From contig MU058337.1 in NCBI GenBank assembly GCA_013265495.1, positions 7,050,716 to 7,114,715 on the forward strand: 64,000 bases of DNA, given 5' to 3'. The notes below the pieces were generated by a model. That model made no database searches. It saw only the letters and a program-made list of their open reading frames with translations, and had not been told where the DNA came from. Positions 47,645 to 61,090 of this stretch are shown in pieces (position 1 is the stretch's first letter; each line of letters opens with the position of its first letter). Position numbers and translations under genes: made by a program. This stretch comes from Vicugna vicugna (Eukaryota).

Positions 47645-50600
47645 GTTTGTATCAAGCAGCTGTTCGTGATCAGAGCCTGACTGTTTAAATTCAATATGCT
47701 TATTGCTTATTTAACCGAACGAACAAGAACTTCCTATGTTGTACTTTTACTGCAGCTACTGTTTTTGCCCCTGTAAGGAAACCATTAATCCTTAAATTCC
47801 CTTAATGAAACCATTCCACAGTTAATGGCTTGAATTCTCTGAAATAGGGTACAGCTTAACTGGCCAGGGCGTGTGGCCTGCTTGCAAATGCTGGACACGG
47901 TCTCTGGAGGCGGTTAACACTTGGCCAGAGGGAAGCATTTGTGGGGAATGTGGCTTTGCTGTGCCCTCCATGGTGATAAATATGGGGACCTAATTGGGCA
48001 TTTCTGCCTCTACTATCTTTAAACATATCCAAAAATGGTAGCGGTTAAAATTAGATGCTTATAGGTAGAGGAAGCAATACATAAAAACACACTCGCCTTT
48101 AATTTTTTTTTTTGATCTGTTACTAAATTAAATGATAGGAGCATTTCAGGAATCAAGAGTAAAAAGCGATTTTGGCCTTATTTTTAGGTTTTAGTAATAT
48201 TCAAGTCAGTTGAAATGGTCTCTTCAGCCACTCTCGTCATTAGGAACCCCACCCTTCTCATCCTTTGTCAATGACTACTTCCATTTCCAGTTAATATCCA
48301 ATGAATACTGAAACAGTGTGTTTATTTGCAAGGGTATTTAGGAAACACCCTAAATCGTTCTGTGCTTTCCTCATCTTCTCTTCTCATGAAGGATGTTTCT
48401 TTATTAGACAGACTTAAAGTGGTGACCCATTTCCTGTTGCTTTATTATAATTTGCCTTCATTCTTAGCAACCATGCCACTCATGTCCCCAGGAAATGTCA
48501 TAAGTAGGAACCCAGTTGAGAGATGAGGAAATGCATGTGCTAATAGGATGAGTCAGAGGGCAGCAGTGTCCTGTTACAGGGAGCCTTGCTCTTAGTGGCC
48601 CTCAGTTACGGTCCCCAGGCTGGAGGATGCTGCAGGCCCTGGAGCTTGTTAGAAATGCAGGTTCTTAGGCTCTGGCCAACTGAGTCGACTCTGGAAGTGA
48701 GACGTGAACAGTAGGGCCTGAGAACCATCGCTCTGCTAGAACCATATTTCAAACTTCTGTCTGTTTTCTTTTGGAGATTTTTAGTTCAAAATTCTTATGT
48801 AAATAGGCAGTTTAATGTGAGTATTTGCCCTTACACCTGTAGCAGTGCTGACTGTTCAACTGTAAGTTCAGAACAGTAGTTGGGACACTGTCGCCTGCTG
48901 TCTGCCTGGGCCTGGCATGTAAACGAGCAGGAAGCCCTGGGGCTGCACAGAGGTATGGGCCTGGCACAGCGGCAGGTGAGGGCCCGGGCAGCACAGGTGT
49001 GATCCGGCGGCACCAGGAGAGCAGTGACAGTTTCCTTACTGCACAGCCTGAGGGTCTTACTCGGGCTCTGGTAAATTGCTTCGTATTAAAAGAGTGTTGG
49101 TCAAGGTTCCCAGATCTCCAGTGTCTGGCCACCAAATAGGTTCTGATGCAAGAGTGGATGAGCATCTGTCGGTCTCTGAAGACTGATTGTAACATTTGTG
49201 GGATAAATATCTTTGGGAAAATCATTTCATGTTTCCAGACCTAAGATTTCTCATTTGTAAGATGAGATTTCTCATCTATAAGATTGAAAAAATAGGACCT
49301 GCCTCCTGTGGTTGCTGTAAGTTTAAAGTGAGATGACCCTGGGAAGGGCCAAACGCTCTACTATACAGGCCAGGCTCCAGGACACATGGAAACAGCCAAG
49401 TGTACAGAAACACCGTGGGCTTCAGCTCCTGGCTCCACCCTTAGCCAGATGTTAAGCCCTGGGCAGGTCTACTTGTCCTCTGTAAGCCCTGATTTCCTTA
49501 CTTAGAACAGCAATTATGCCTACTATATAATGGATTGTTACTGAAGTGTCCAAAAACATCTACCCTGTGTCTGGCTGACATAGGAGCTCAGATGTTGATT
49601 CTAGTTTAGCAGTAAGCACTTTCCCCTGTGTTCACGCCTTTCTGGTCCTATGGTAAGGCGTCTGATTCCTGACACCCACAGGGAAGACTGAGTTTCAGAG
49701 CTGAGGTGATCTCTGAAGTGTCAAGGTCTGTATGCCTGTGTGCAAAAATCTTTGATGTTTAAAGCTCAGCATCCCTACCGCTTCCCCATTTAAAGTGGGA
49801 AGATGGGCAGATGTTATGCCAAGCTGTAGGCTTCCCTAGCCTGGATTCACAGGTCCAAGGGGCCCACTGCATAGCAGCCACGAGGATCTCGCTTTGCAAA
49901 TATTTACTCAGCTGAGGCATCAATTGTAGCATATCAGAAAAATTAAATTATTACATGGGATTAGCTGACATAACTGTTTGCAGAAAAATCATCTTCCACG
50001 AATGTAGCCCCATCGTTACTGAGTCTCTTAATTGACCGCATCTAATACATTGCCAAAGGCCATCAAGAAATCACATTCTTAATGAGAGGAAATGTTTGAA
50101 AAGATTTAAGCCCTGATTCTGGTTTATTATTATATTAGCTTCCTGCTGTTTAATGAGTGCCTTCTGTGCCTCAAGCATCAGTCTTCACAGCCTGGCCCAT
50201 AGGTCTTCTTACCCCCAGTTTACAGATGAGGAGATTGAGGCTGAAACAGGCTAGGAGATTTGCCCAAGATCACTGCATACCTGGCCTATCAAATCCCTTG
50301 TTCTCCACTAAGTCGGGTATGTGTGTGTGTGTATGTGTGTGTAGGGGGAGGGGCTGAGCTGGGTGAATACCAAGGTAGTTGAATGATCTCTCATACAGAA
50401 AAAAAGAAGAAAATTATCACACACTTACCAGATGCTGGTGCTGAGGGGGGGGCACTTTCACATAGGTTATTTCATACATCAAAGGCATGTTCTGTAAACC
50501 AAGGTAGTTACATGCAGAAAAATACAATTGTTTGGCTATTTTAAATGTCTGTTAGTACAGTCCCAACCGGCTGGTGACCTTTAAATGGTTGGTAATATTT

Positions 50601-53307
50601 TTAATGAGCTCAAAATTTTAATCCAAAAGTGTATTTTAAGTAATTCATGTAGAGCCATTTCTTGATTTGAACTGTACAATGAGGACCAGTCCATGGGGAT
50701 AAAGAGCAACATGAACCACAGGACGCAGAGCCCTCGGATCATGGGGGCCTTGCTAGGGAGTCTGTGGTCCAGTTTACACAGCCATGAGCCTGGTCTGCAG
50801 ACACACATGACGTCTGGGTGGTCTTGGTGGTGGTGAGCCTCTGCAGCTAAAACAGCTCTTCTCTAAAACTCAATTTTTAAAGTTATTTTATAATCAATGT
50901 CTAAATATAAATAAATGCCATATGCCTAAGAAGGATGTAGTTGTCGTAAATAACATGGTTCCAGATACCTCATTTTGGCACCTGAGTTTAAGTTTGTTTT
51001 TCTCCTGTTCCTGTCTCTTTGGAAATGACTGATTCCGTGTGTTGACTCTCTGAAAGGCCTGCTTCCCTTCGGAAGCTGTGTGACGACAGTCAAACTTGAA
51101 TCCACATCAGACAGTTCCTGAGAATTACTTATAACCTATTCTCCACCTTATGGCTAGAAATAAGTCATGCCTTTTGTGTTATTCTAACATCTCATTTAGT
51201 TTCCTGAATGATATTCTCCCAACCTCAGTAAAAGTTTACAGGGGTATAAAAGTGGAGAGAGATACTCTGCTGTTACCTGTGGTTATGTATGACTGGAAAA
51301 GTGAAGGTGGTTTTTCATTTGCTTTCCGTCCCGCTCTGGGACTTCCTAAATGTTCAGATATTTAATGTTTAGTGTATATTACTTTCTAATGAGAAAGAGA
51401 GAGGCGCACAGAGAGAGAGAAGAAAATTGACTGGAAAGTAAGGGAGGCAGCTGGTAAACTGGGATGTGTCCAAAATGAAAGGTCCTTTCCCCCTTTAAAT
51501 GAGGGGTTGCATCTTTGTGTGCATTTTTACTCCATTCTTCATCAAATTTTGTGGTCAGAACCCTAGAAGACTAAATCTTGAAAATGGGAAGCAAAAACCT
51601 TAACCAAAAAGAGTGAAAGGAAGGAAGATTAAATGCCAGTGGTAAGAACTTGGAGAAGGGCCAGTTCAGGTGCAAGGCAATTTTTAGCTAAACCGTCTCT
51701 CCTGGGTGTCTACAGCAAAGAGTCCTGAGAAGATGGAAGCACATATTCAGATTCCCCCAAACCTTAATCCAGCCATAATTGGGAAGGACTGTGGCTCCTG
51801 GGAAAAGCAGTGCTCACAGACAGCAAACCATGTAAGCAGTTCCCCAAACACTGGAAACAGCCTCTTTTATTTTTCCAGTTGGTGAACAGCTGCTCATGGT
51901 TGAAAATTATACCCTATTCAGTTAATTAAGTCATATTTTCTGCTCATTAAGTTGCTTTTCTTTCACATAATGGAATTCACTACTGTACCTCAGTATTTCA
52001 TGATCTAAAGATCACTGTGAATGCCAGGTGTCCGACCAGCTGTGAATACACCTGTGAATCACTGGACCTAAAAAACAAGACTTATTCCTTGAGTAAAAAA
52101 TTTTTCTCTAACAATAAGATGAGGTAAATCTTGAAACTATTACTTCAGCCATAATTTGCTATGCAACAGAACTATTTGGACGTAAGTTCTCTTTGTTCAT
52201 TTAGCTAACTTTTAAGACTGATTTGAGGTACTGGCCTCTGGACATTTTTTTATGGGAGTCATTTTTGCCTGCCTGTGCAGAATGCATCCATTCTCCCAAA
52301 CACACACTTTTGTTCCCACGAGCCTGTTTTTAAAGATGCAGGCCTTCGGTCAACCACGTTAGACACAGTGGCTACGTGCTGGCCTCTAGCTGGGGACACC
52401 TCTACCCACCACGCGTGTTCAGCATCTCTGGGAGTTTTAACCAGCCAGGTTTACTCGATGTTTAAGCAGTGCGAATTTGCTGCTGGTGTGAGGAAATCTT
52501 GAAGAACAAGGAGAAGTAATGAATGGTGGCCTTCTCGTCTTGTTTTGTCAAGTGAAATCCATGACGTGTTAAAGTCCTGCTGGCCACCACTTAACTGAGC
52601 TAGATCAGTGTAGGCGTCTCAGCTCCCTCTCCTTGACCTCAAGTCTTCCAGTTGCTGTGCAAGCTCGGTTTTAGGCTCGCTGTTACACAGATGAGGATGA
52701 CGAGACCCAGTTGACCTGTGCAAATAACGTGCCCATGAGAAAGGGTGCCTGAGCAGAGCCTGTGCGAAAGTTTTCCCCCTCACCAGACTGTCTGGCTATT
52801 CATGGCTGAACACAGTGCCCAAGAAGCCTGGGAAAAAGACACAGTCCTCATTTGTAGAGGACCTGTTTCATACACCTCACTTCAGTATTCTTCCCAGCCC
52901 ATTAATTAGCTGGAAACTAATGTAATGGCACTCCTTTGTCACAATTAAGATGTCATAAATATTACCTCTGTATCAGTTGCTGGCAATAGTAAAAATGAAT
53001 AAATAGAAGGCCAGTCAGTACTGAGAAACAGTGGTCCTTTAAACCATACTACAGTTTACTGGGAAGTTTTGTAAGTAGTCCCTCCCTTAATAGGAAGAAG
53101 TAAATTCTCCAAAGCATAAATTTATTGATAAGCTTATTTGTACTACAAGAGACTTCTCCGCTTTCCTGGAGAGTTCATGACAAAGTTGTTTAAATTACGT
53201 GCCGTCTTAGTACCTGGAAAATTTAACCTGTGAGGCTGAGAGTTGGATGAAACCTATTAGCGGTCTCTGGTGTGTCTCACTGAATGAGTTGTCTTGTGTG
53301 TTTTAAG

Positions 53308-53445
53308 AACCAGCTCCTGGCTGACCACGGACATAATCCCCTCATGAAAAAAGTTTTTGACGTCTACCTGTGTTTTCTTCAAAAACATCAGTCTGAAACG
53401 GCTTTAAAAAACGTCTTCACTGCCTTAAGGTCATTAATTTACAAG
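53308..53445 (+). CDS. DOCK9: DOCK9 exon: NQLLADHGHNPLMKKVFDVYLCFLQKHQSETALKNVFTALRSLIYK
   Basis: AAG acceptor (ttttaag|), |gtacgt; 138 nt. Confidence 0.92.
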
Positions 53446-53554
53446 GTACGTTGTTTCACTAGGGGAGGGGTGACCACCATTGATGGCCACGCATTTTCCT
53501 TTGAAGACACGCTGACCCTCCTGGGGCTCCTTTGCTCTCCCGTGTTCCTTCTAG

Positions 53555-53737
53555 TTCCCCTCGACGTTCTACGAGGGGCGGGCGGACATGTGTGCCTCGC
53601 TGTGCTATGAGGTTCTCAAGTGCTGTAACTCCAAGCTGAGCTCCATCCGGACCGAGGCCTCCCAGCTGCTGTACTTCCTCATGAGGAACAACTTTGACTA
53701 CACGGGGAAGAAGTCCTTCGTCCGGACACATTTGCAG
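53555..53737 (+). CDS. DOCK9: DOCK9 exon: [61 protein letters not shown]
   Basis: ttctag| … |gtacgt; 183 nt. Confidence 0.95.
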
Positions 53738-55267
53738 GTACGTGCGCATCACCTTTCCAGCACAGGTGTGCTCTGTGGAATCCTGTTTGAGTGGGAAAGC
53801 TTTGAGTTACCTCAGCATAAGTATGACACGGTCTGGCCTCGAGATGGAGAACTCAGAAGTAACGTTTACTGGTTTACTGGTTTATTTCTTCCTCCACATT
53901 GTAAGATCTGGGCCCAGAATGTGTTTCTATCGGTAAATTGACGTTTAAATACTGAATCAATAGTGGACTGCCTGAAATTCCATTGAATTCCATGTAGACC
54001 CTATGTGCGGATGCCTCACAGTGAGCATCTTAGGTAAGACCAAAAACACCCAAAGTGGTTCTGTTCTGTCCTCCATCTGCTGACACACCTGCCATCTCTC
54101 CAGAGTGAAAGTGTCCCAGATTCTCTGCGAACCATGCCAGATACTGAAAATTCTTACGTATTTTTGTACAAACACATAGAGGAGTGCCTTCTCCATCTCT
54201 GTACTTACGCCTTTTTTAAAACAAATATTTGTTTTTTGCAAACTATGTGCAAGGATTCATGGATACAACCATGAACAAACAAGGACCCTCTTCCGGCCCT
54301 CATGGAGTGTCATCTGCTGGAGAACAGATAGACCTTGTTCCACATGCCCAGGGCCAGAACAGAGGAGCTTCAGTGTACCAGGGAGGGGACCAGGGGGCTT
54401 CCCAGAGAATATGAAGGATGAATAGGGGTTGGAGAGTGAGCATGGTCCAGGCCAGGATGTACCGTGGGGAAGGGCCCATCCAGGGAAGTGGAGAAGGTTT
54501 TTCTAGTGGAGTTGAGAGTATGGGTGAGAACAAGTTGAGGAGGCATCGTTGCATATTTGGAGAGATTGCCTGGATTCCAGTGCTGAAAATAGATCAGAAA
54601 TTCAAGACCTTCGAGACCACGGAGACCTTGGGGAGACTGTGGTCAGATCTAGACCAGAGAGAATCATGTCCTGGGTCAGGTATGGTGAGGTTAGAAGGAA
54701 GAGGAGGTTGAGTTGACAATACTTAGTGATTGACTGTACCTGGGTGTGGTGAAGGAAGAGGCCAGGGGGGTGGTCCAGAGTTTAGCTTGAGTAACTGGGT
54801 AAAGACATTGGTATTTATAGACCCCCAAAAAGACAGGTTCCCCTATGCATAGTTAATATGCATATGTTTTAATAAAAAATGCAAAGGATAGTCTGCTTAT
54901 TGAATGTTAAATACATATAGTTTCATGCCAGAAACCACAGAGATAAATAATAAGGTCTCCCTTTTTACTAGAGAAAGTGGTAGGTAAGTAACCTTCCAAG
55001 TGATTCAGGCTTATCTGATTCTCATTCCTCTACACTCTCCTGATTAGCACTTTGCTGTGCAAACAAAAGACTCAAGAATAGCAGAGTCACCTTCTGGAAT
55101 AATTCTTGGAAGTGGGGAAAAGATGGCTCAGACGTTTCCCACACTGGCGTGATCCCTGCTCACAGACTCCCTGCCACCCCATCCTCATGCACATCCTAAC
55201 CCAAGGCAGGAGTCGAGCTGGAGCATTCCCCAAAGGTGAATTGACTTGCTCACGTTTGTGTCCCTAG

Positions 55268-55381
55268 GTCATCATTTCCGTCAGCCAGCTGATAGCAGAC
55301 GTCGTCGGCATCGGGGGAACCAGATTCCAGCAGTCCTTGTCTATCATCAACAACTGCGCCAACAGTGACAGGCTCATCAAG
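55268..55381 (+). CDS. DOCK9: DOCK9 exon: [38 protein letters not shown]
   Basis: ccctag| … |gtgggt; 114 nt. Confidence 0.95.
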
Positions 55382-55500
55382 GTGGGTGGCCCAGTCCCGT
55401 TCTGTTTGTTACCCCTGAGATTCTGCCTTGTCATTTGCTACAACTGCAGACAGACAGGGCGCAGCTGAAAGCCCCGGTTCCTCTTCCACCCTCGTTGCAG

Positions 55501-55716
55501 CACACCACCTTCTCCTCGGACGTGAAGGACTTGACCAAGAGGATCCGCACGGTGCTGATGGCCACGGCCCAGATGAAGGAGCACGAGAACGACCCCGAGA
55601 TGCTGGTGGACCTCCAGTACAGCCTGGCCAAGTCCTACGCCAGCACTCCCGAGCTCCGGAAGACGTGGCTGGACAGCATGGCCAGGATCCACGTCAAAAA
55701 CGGCGATCTCTCCGAG
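55501..55716 (+). CDS. DOCK9: DOCK9 exon: [72 protein letters not shown] (start of DHR-2)
   Basis: ttgcag| … |gtagcc; 216 nt. Confidence 0.96.
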
Positions 55717-57220
55717 GTAGCCCTGCAGCCCTCTCCATCCCAGTTTTTGAGAAAGCTAGTTATGCCCCCTTCACTGAAAGAAGCCAGTTTTGAGAAAAAT
55801 TGCTCAGTAATCCAGAGCAGATGATTGAAAATACGTAGTATTTAAACAGCATTGGGCTCCGGTCTGCTTCATTGTCGTCTAAGCATTTTCACAGCTTACA
55901 GCATTGTCAGGGGCTATCTCTGTCCCAAACACGCATTGTTGGAAAGCTGTTAGAAAACGGCCATGCTCAGCTAGGTGCGTGCTGATTCAGGTGCGCTCAG
56001 CTTCTGCATCAAAACCCCTCTCTAGAGCTAAAATGCAGCTATGTTATGATCAAATTAGATTTTCCTACTATTAAAGTCATGACAGGGTGTGGCTTTTTCC
56101 TCTTTGAGACAGTCTGTTTCCGTCTGGGCGTGTGATAGAGGAAAGTAGCCATGTCCAGGCGGAGCTGGGGGTGTGGGCTCTGGAGACAGACTGAATCCCG
56201 GATCTGATGTTCCTTGACTCTGGGACAGCGAGCCACAGAAGGTCTCAGTGACGCATCTATAAAACAAGAAGTTAAGGGAACCAATGGGCAGTACGGCAGG
56301 TTCTTTTCTTGCTCCCAGGATGGGCTGATGGCCACGGGGTCCATGTCTGGGGTCCATGCCCAAGACATGGAGGTGTGATCAACTGTGTTACCAAGGAAGC
56401 GTGCTTTTACCTTTAAACCTCTCAAATTGCCTACATCAGTACAATTATGTTCCACATCTGAAAAATTTATGTAACTGTTTTTACCTATTGATTATGCAAA
56501 GTGCATTCCATTTGACCATAAGTTTAATCTAAAATATACATTAGACATAATAAAGATGAATTACATACTATTAGTGGTAGTAATTTTTCTATCATTCTGA
56601 CAAAAACAGGGATCAGATATTGGAACCTTACATTGGGTTCATTTCCAACAGCTACCTTTGATGTTTTATAAACCATGGCAACTTGGTGAAAAGAGCTTAT
56701 TTTTATTTTTTGTTTCATTTTAAGGTGTCTATAATGTTTAACACCAAATTGTAATTTTCAGTGAGAATTCTTTTTTTGAAAAAGTTACAACTTCATCTTT
56801 TTTTTTCAGTTCGAGAGAAAAACATATTAGCCCCTGCAATGTGAGCATTTCTCTCAGAATCTAGGAATGCATGTGCCTTTTCTTCAAATGCTCCTCTTTT
56901 CCCTTTGAGAAAAATAATGCTGAAATTTTAGCTATAGTAAGAAAAAATGCTTTTGAAAAATCTTTTACAGTAAAATTTAATAATTTTAAATAGAAACAAG
57001 TCTTAGCAAATTTACTGCTATTCACCTCAATTTGCAATTTCAGAATTTCAGTTTATGTGAATTGTTCCACTTTTTTCAAAAGGCAAAATGTCAGTCATTA
57101 GAAACACTAGTCGATCCCTTGAGATCTCATCTAAGTCTGTGTAGTCTTTGGATTTCTGTCTGTGAGCATTGTGACATGCTTTATAAATGGTGATTCTGAA
57201 GCCTGTGTCTTTCATTGTAG

Positions 57221-57278
57221 GCAGCAATGTGCTATGTCCATGTCACAGCCCTGGTGGCAGAATATCTCACACGGAAAG
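57221..57278 (+). CDS. DOCK9: DOCK9 exon: AAMCYVHVTALVAEYLTRK
   Basis: ttgtag| … |gtaagg; 58 nt, phase 0 to 1. Confidence 0.95.
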
Positions 57279-58103
57279 GTAAGGAATATTCCTTTGTTTT
57301 ATGAAATAAATATAAAATTGTACAAAGCAGCAAAGATGAGTGAGAGCCATTCGGAAGGATTTGGAGGTGAGGGATGTGTGTGTGCACACACTATATTCAT
57401 TGTTTTGTTTGCTAACATGATATTTGCTTGACTCAGTAGGAACTGCTGAAATGCAAAACAGAAGTAGATGGCATGTTGTCATGTAAGCTCTTACTAATAA
57501 CCCATCCTGCAAAAACTAGTTAATGAGCTTTGCATCTGGGAGCCTCTGACTGGCCAATCGCAAGCTGAAAAGACTTAATTTTCCCTTAAGATCGTTCCCA
57601 CTTGAAGTGTTTATCAATCAAAAGGCAGCTGTAACAGGAGGTCATCAGACAATATTTTCTGGAGCACAGCCCAGTTGGCTTTGTTGTGTAAGCAGGCAGC
57701 CTGCTGCCCGGAAACCTTGCGTTCCCGTGGAAGGAGCGGGCAGGAGTGAGCATTTATTCCCACATTAGCAGGCCATGAGTCCTCTGCCGGTTCCTCTGAT
57801 TAAATACCAGTTAACACTTCAGAATCGAGAACATGGTGTTTTAGAAAAGCTGATTTTGTGTGCATGTGTGTGGAGCCGGGCAGCACCAGCTCTAGTAACA
57901 AGGAGGACCTTCACAACGTGAGGAAACATAAAGTCACAGATGGCAAGGCCAGGGAATTTCTATCTTCCTGGCACAGCTGGCTTTTTGGAATGGAATTTAA
58001 GGGAGTTAGGCTTGTCATACATCAGAGAAAGAAATCAAGGAAGGGCTCCACATTCTCTCTCCCAGCATGAGACCTTTTGTCAGGTAGAACATCTCGTGTT
58101 TAG

Positions 58104-58181
58104 AAGCAGATGTGTCCCTCCAGCCGGAGCCACCCCACCTCCCCTACAGGCACTGCACCAGTCACAGGAGGTGCTGGGCAG
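58104..58181 (+). pseudogene. DOCK9: Probable decayed DOCK9 cassette exon (EADVSLQPEPPHLPYRHCTSHRRCWA) lacking its donor
   Basis: gtttag| acceptor in phase 1; peptide resembles the recalled human insert EAVQWEPPLLPHSHSACLRRSRG; expected donor reads G|cctaag and an in-frame TAA follows at 58184-58186. Confidence 0.55.
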
Positions 58182-59545
58182 CCTAAGCCGAGGGGGGTCC
58201 CAGAGCTCCAGCAGCCCTGTCCGTGCAACGCTCAGAGGTGTAGGGGTTTCCTCTCTCACCCGCTTGGATGGACGTGGCCCTCCCTCTTTTCCTCCCTTCT
58301 CTGGTTTGGTGCAGCCTGTCCCTGTGGGCAAGGAGAAGACAGCACTTGAGCCACCACCGTAGCTGTTCCACCAGAGCTGAGCTGTGTATTGCAATGTACT
58401 CCGTAGCCAGAAACATGCATAGCTGGCTTTTATCATCTTGCTTTTTGTTCACACACGTATCCTCAAGCGCCCACTGCTTTTCACAGCGGAATCTGTCTGT
58501 AAAAAAAGACCAAGGCTGAAGTAGGACAGTGGCAGAGATGTGACCCAATTCATGAATGGTGTGGAAGCCTTCCCTGTGTGCAGCGGGAACATCTCGGAAT
58601 CTATGACGTACTCTTTCAAGACTTGATTTCAAAACACCCTGTGTTCCTTTTCCCCCCGCAACATGGGAGGTCTCAATTCAAGTTTTGACTTCTGTTTTGT
58701 TTCGCTTTGATGTAAACAGCGACCACAGTAGAGTAGGAAGACTTTTCAGATCCTTCTTCACTTGATCGTTTTTACTCAGCTGACATTGTCTAACTGACAT
58801 AAAACTCTTCCCGGTGACTCCTGGATGAGTCAAGGTTCCCAGTGGGCCACTGTTGCTTAAGGGGTTTGTCCTTATGCCAGGTATTTATGCCAGGTATTTA
58901 TGCCAGTTCCAACCCCCACCACTTCCCCAGAGGATCAGAGTGCCTCCACCCTGAGGTGTGCACGCTGCGCTTCAGCTGTGGGAGGAGAGGCCTCTCCTTG
59001 CCCCTCAGGCAGCCCGTCAGCTCACGGCTGCTGAGTTCCATCTTGGTGGACAGCGTCCCACAGGAGAAGGGCAAGGTCTAAGCCGATAACCCCAGCCAGA
59101 GTGGGTGGGATGACAGCTGGAAGGAAACAGTCGTGTTTGAGTCTGTCTCCCTCTTTGATTGGCTTTGGCTTCTTTATTTTTCTTGGTGTCTGAGCGTGGG
59201 TCATCCTACCAAATCAGACTGTTGTTATTTGCTGTTCATCTGATTCAGTACCTATTTTAGTTTATTTGAAGATTGCATACATTTTAATAAAGGTGGGTGA
59301 AAAATCAAAAGGGTTGAGACAGAGAAACAAATTGAGGAAGGTGAAGGGTAAATATGAGGAAGCGAATGAAGAAAAGAGCCCAGTGGCCCCCAAGCTCCCT
59401 GTGGGAATGCTGGCCTGGAACACAGGAGATTTCAGAATCAGGGATCCCATTTACTCCGAGAGCACACAGCGCGGGAAGCACCCTCAGGGGTCATCCACTT
59501 TCAGGTTAGTAACTCCAGCTCTCTCCCCTGCTCTCTCAATTCTAG

Positions 59546-59652
59546 GCATGTTCAGACAAGGATGCTCAGCCTTCAGGGTGATCACCCCGAACATCGATGA
59601 AGAGGCCTCCATGATGGAGGACGTCGGTATGCAGGATGTCCACTTCAATGAG
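59546..59652 (+). CDS. DOCK9: DOCK9 exon: [36 protein letters not shown]
   Basis: ttctag| … |gtgagt; 107 nt, phase 1 to 0; I found no further exon before 64000. Confidence 0.95.
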
Positions 59653-60625
59653 GTGAGTGCTGCCCAGAGGCCCGCGGGTCTCGAGTGCTGCTGTCCGCCC
59701 ACCAGTGCACTGAGCGAGGGCTTTCTCTCTGCGGCCGCTGTGGACACACTCCGCTCTGAGATAACGAATTCTCCGGAAGGCTGAAACAAAACAGTGAAAG
59801 CTTCTGCCATTCCCTTTTCTAGGAACTCCTCCTTTTCTCTGGAGAGAAAGTTGGAGGAGTTAATTAATAGTGAGTGAGGCTTAGAGCTTGACCACTGGTG
59901 GTCAAAGGTCTGGTATTTTGACCATAGTTTCTCATTCTTTCCGGCAATTAATTTCTCCGGTTCATGAGTTTTATTGCTGTTTTAATCTGTCTTTACAGTC
60001 GGTGTCTCCAACACGAGACACCTCTCCAGAGTCCCCAAACAGTCAGATCCTTGAGAGGGCAGACTGGGCTGGGGGCAGAGCAGCCCCTGTGCAGGGCCTG
60101 GTTCCTGCCTCCACTTGAGTGCCGTCGCCCGGGGTCTGCTCACCATAAGCAGATAAGACCACACTATCCTACCCCCAAGAGAGACCAGAAAGTCTGACTT
60201 TAGATCATTGCAGCAGTTTCTGCAAGTTTCTTGCCAAAACTGAATCACCTTGCGACCACTTAACTGTAACTGGGGAGTTTTGAAATCAAGCTAGGAATTT
60301 GAACAAATGCCAGTTTTCTGCATGGGTTCCTGGAATTTCCTCTTCACGAATATCTCTTTGTCATGTGTTCCTGCCTCCCCTCAACTCAGAGCAACATGGA
60401 ACAGTCAAAGGAAAGCTTTTTAATCCTGCCCATCTTTTAAGGAAAAATAAAGTTCTCTGTTTCTTCATGTGCAGAGAAAGCACAGAGAAAGGAACCACTA
60501 TCTTCCGCCTGCCACGCTTGTTTTTATGATGTCAAGTTCCTGCAGTTCCTATTACGACTGTAGTCACGTTCATGCTAGTAAGCAGTGCCCGGGAACAAAC
60601 ATACTTGGTGACGTTGACGAGGAAT

Positions 60626-61090
60626 CAGCAGTTCTCAAAGTTCTGGGACTCCTGGGGTCCCTGAGACCCTTACAGGGAGTCTTTGAGGTCCTCACTTTTG
60701 AAATTCAGTATCTATGTGAGGCTGCATTTTCTTTGTATACATCATCCGAAGGGGCATCGTGAGGAGATTGAATGTGGAAGCAGAGACAGGAATACAGGCG
60801 TCTCCTACAAAGTCAGACATAGAGTTGCAAAAATGCCACTCTTCTCCTTAATTTTTTAATGCTATTTTTTCATTAAAAATGTTATTTTTGGTAATACATA
60901 ATATGTTTATTATGGTTAGTTTAATTAAATTAATAAATAAATCTTCTTACATTTTTTCAGTTTCCATTCCTAATACTGTAAATATTGAGAGATAACACAC
61001 ATATGCAGAAAAGTTCTCAGCTATTTTTAAAGAATTCTCAATTTTTATGATATATAGAGATCTTCAGCCCCAAAGGTTTAAGAACCACTG
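60626..61090. mobile_element. hAT-Charlie-type DNA transposon remnant
   Basis: imperfect terminal inverted repeats cagcagttctcaaa … tttaagaaccactg around an AT-rich core. Confidence 0.6.

Larger units (their letters stand above)
750..59652 (+). other. DOCK9: DOCK9 gene body (partial; internal exons only), dedicator of cytokinesis 9 / Zizimin1
   Basis: 31 exons with canonical ag/gt boundaries and compatible phases splice into one ORF that matches DOCK9 as I recall it (NHLYVYPKYLKYDSQK DHR-1 start; [21 protein letters not shown]-2 start). Confidence 0.97.

Noticed and set aside
58487..58498. 12-nt in-frame microexon candidate (tcacag|CGGAATCTGTCT|gtaaaa)
   Set aside because: The donor is very weak and there is no other support.
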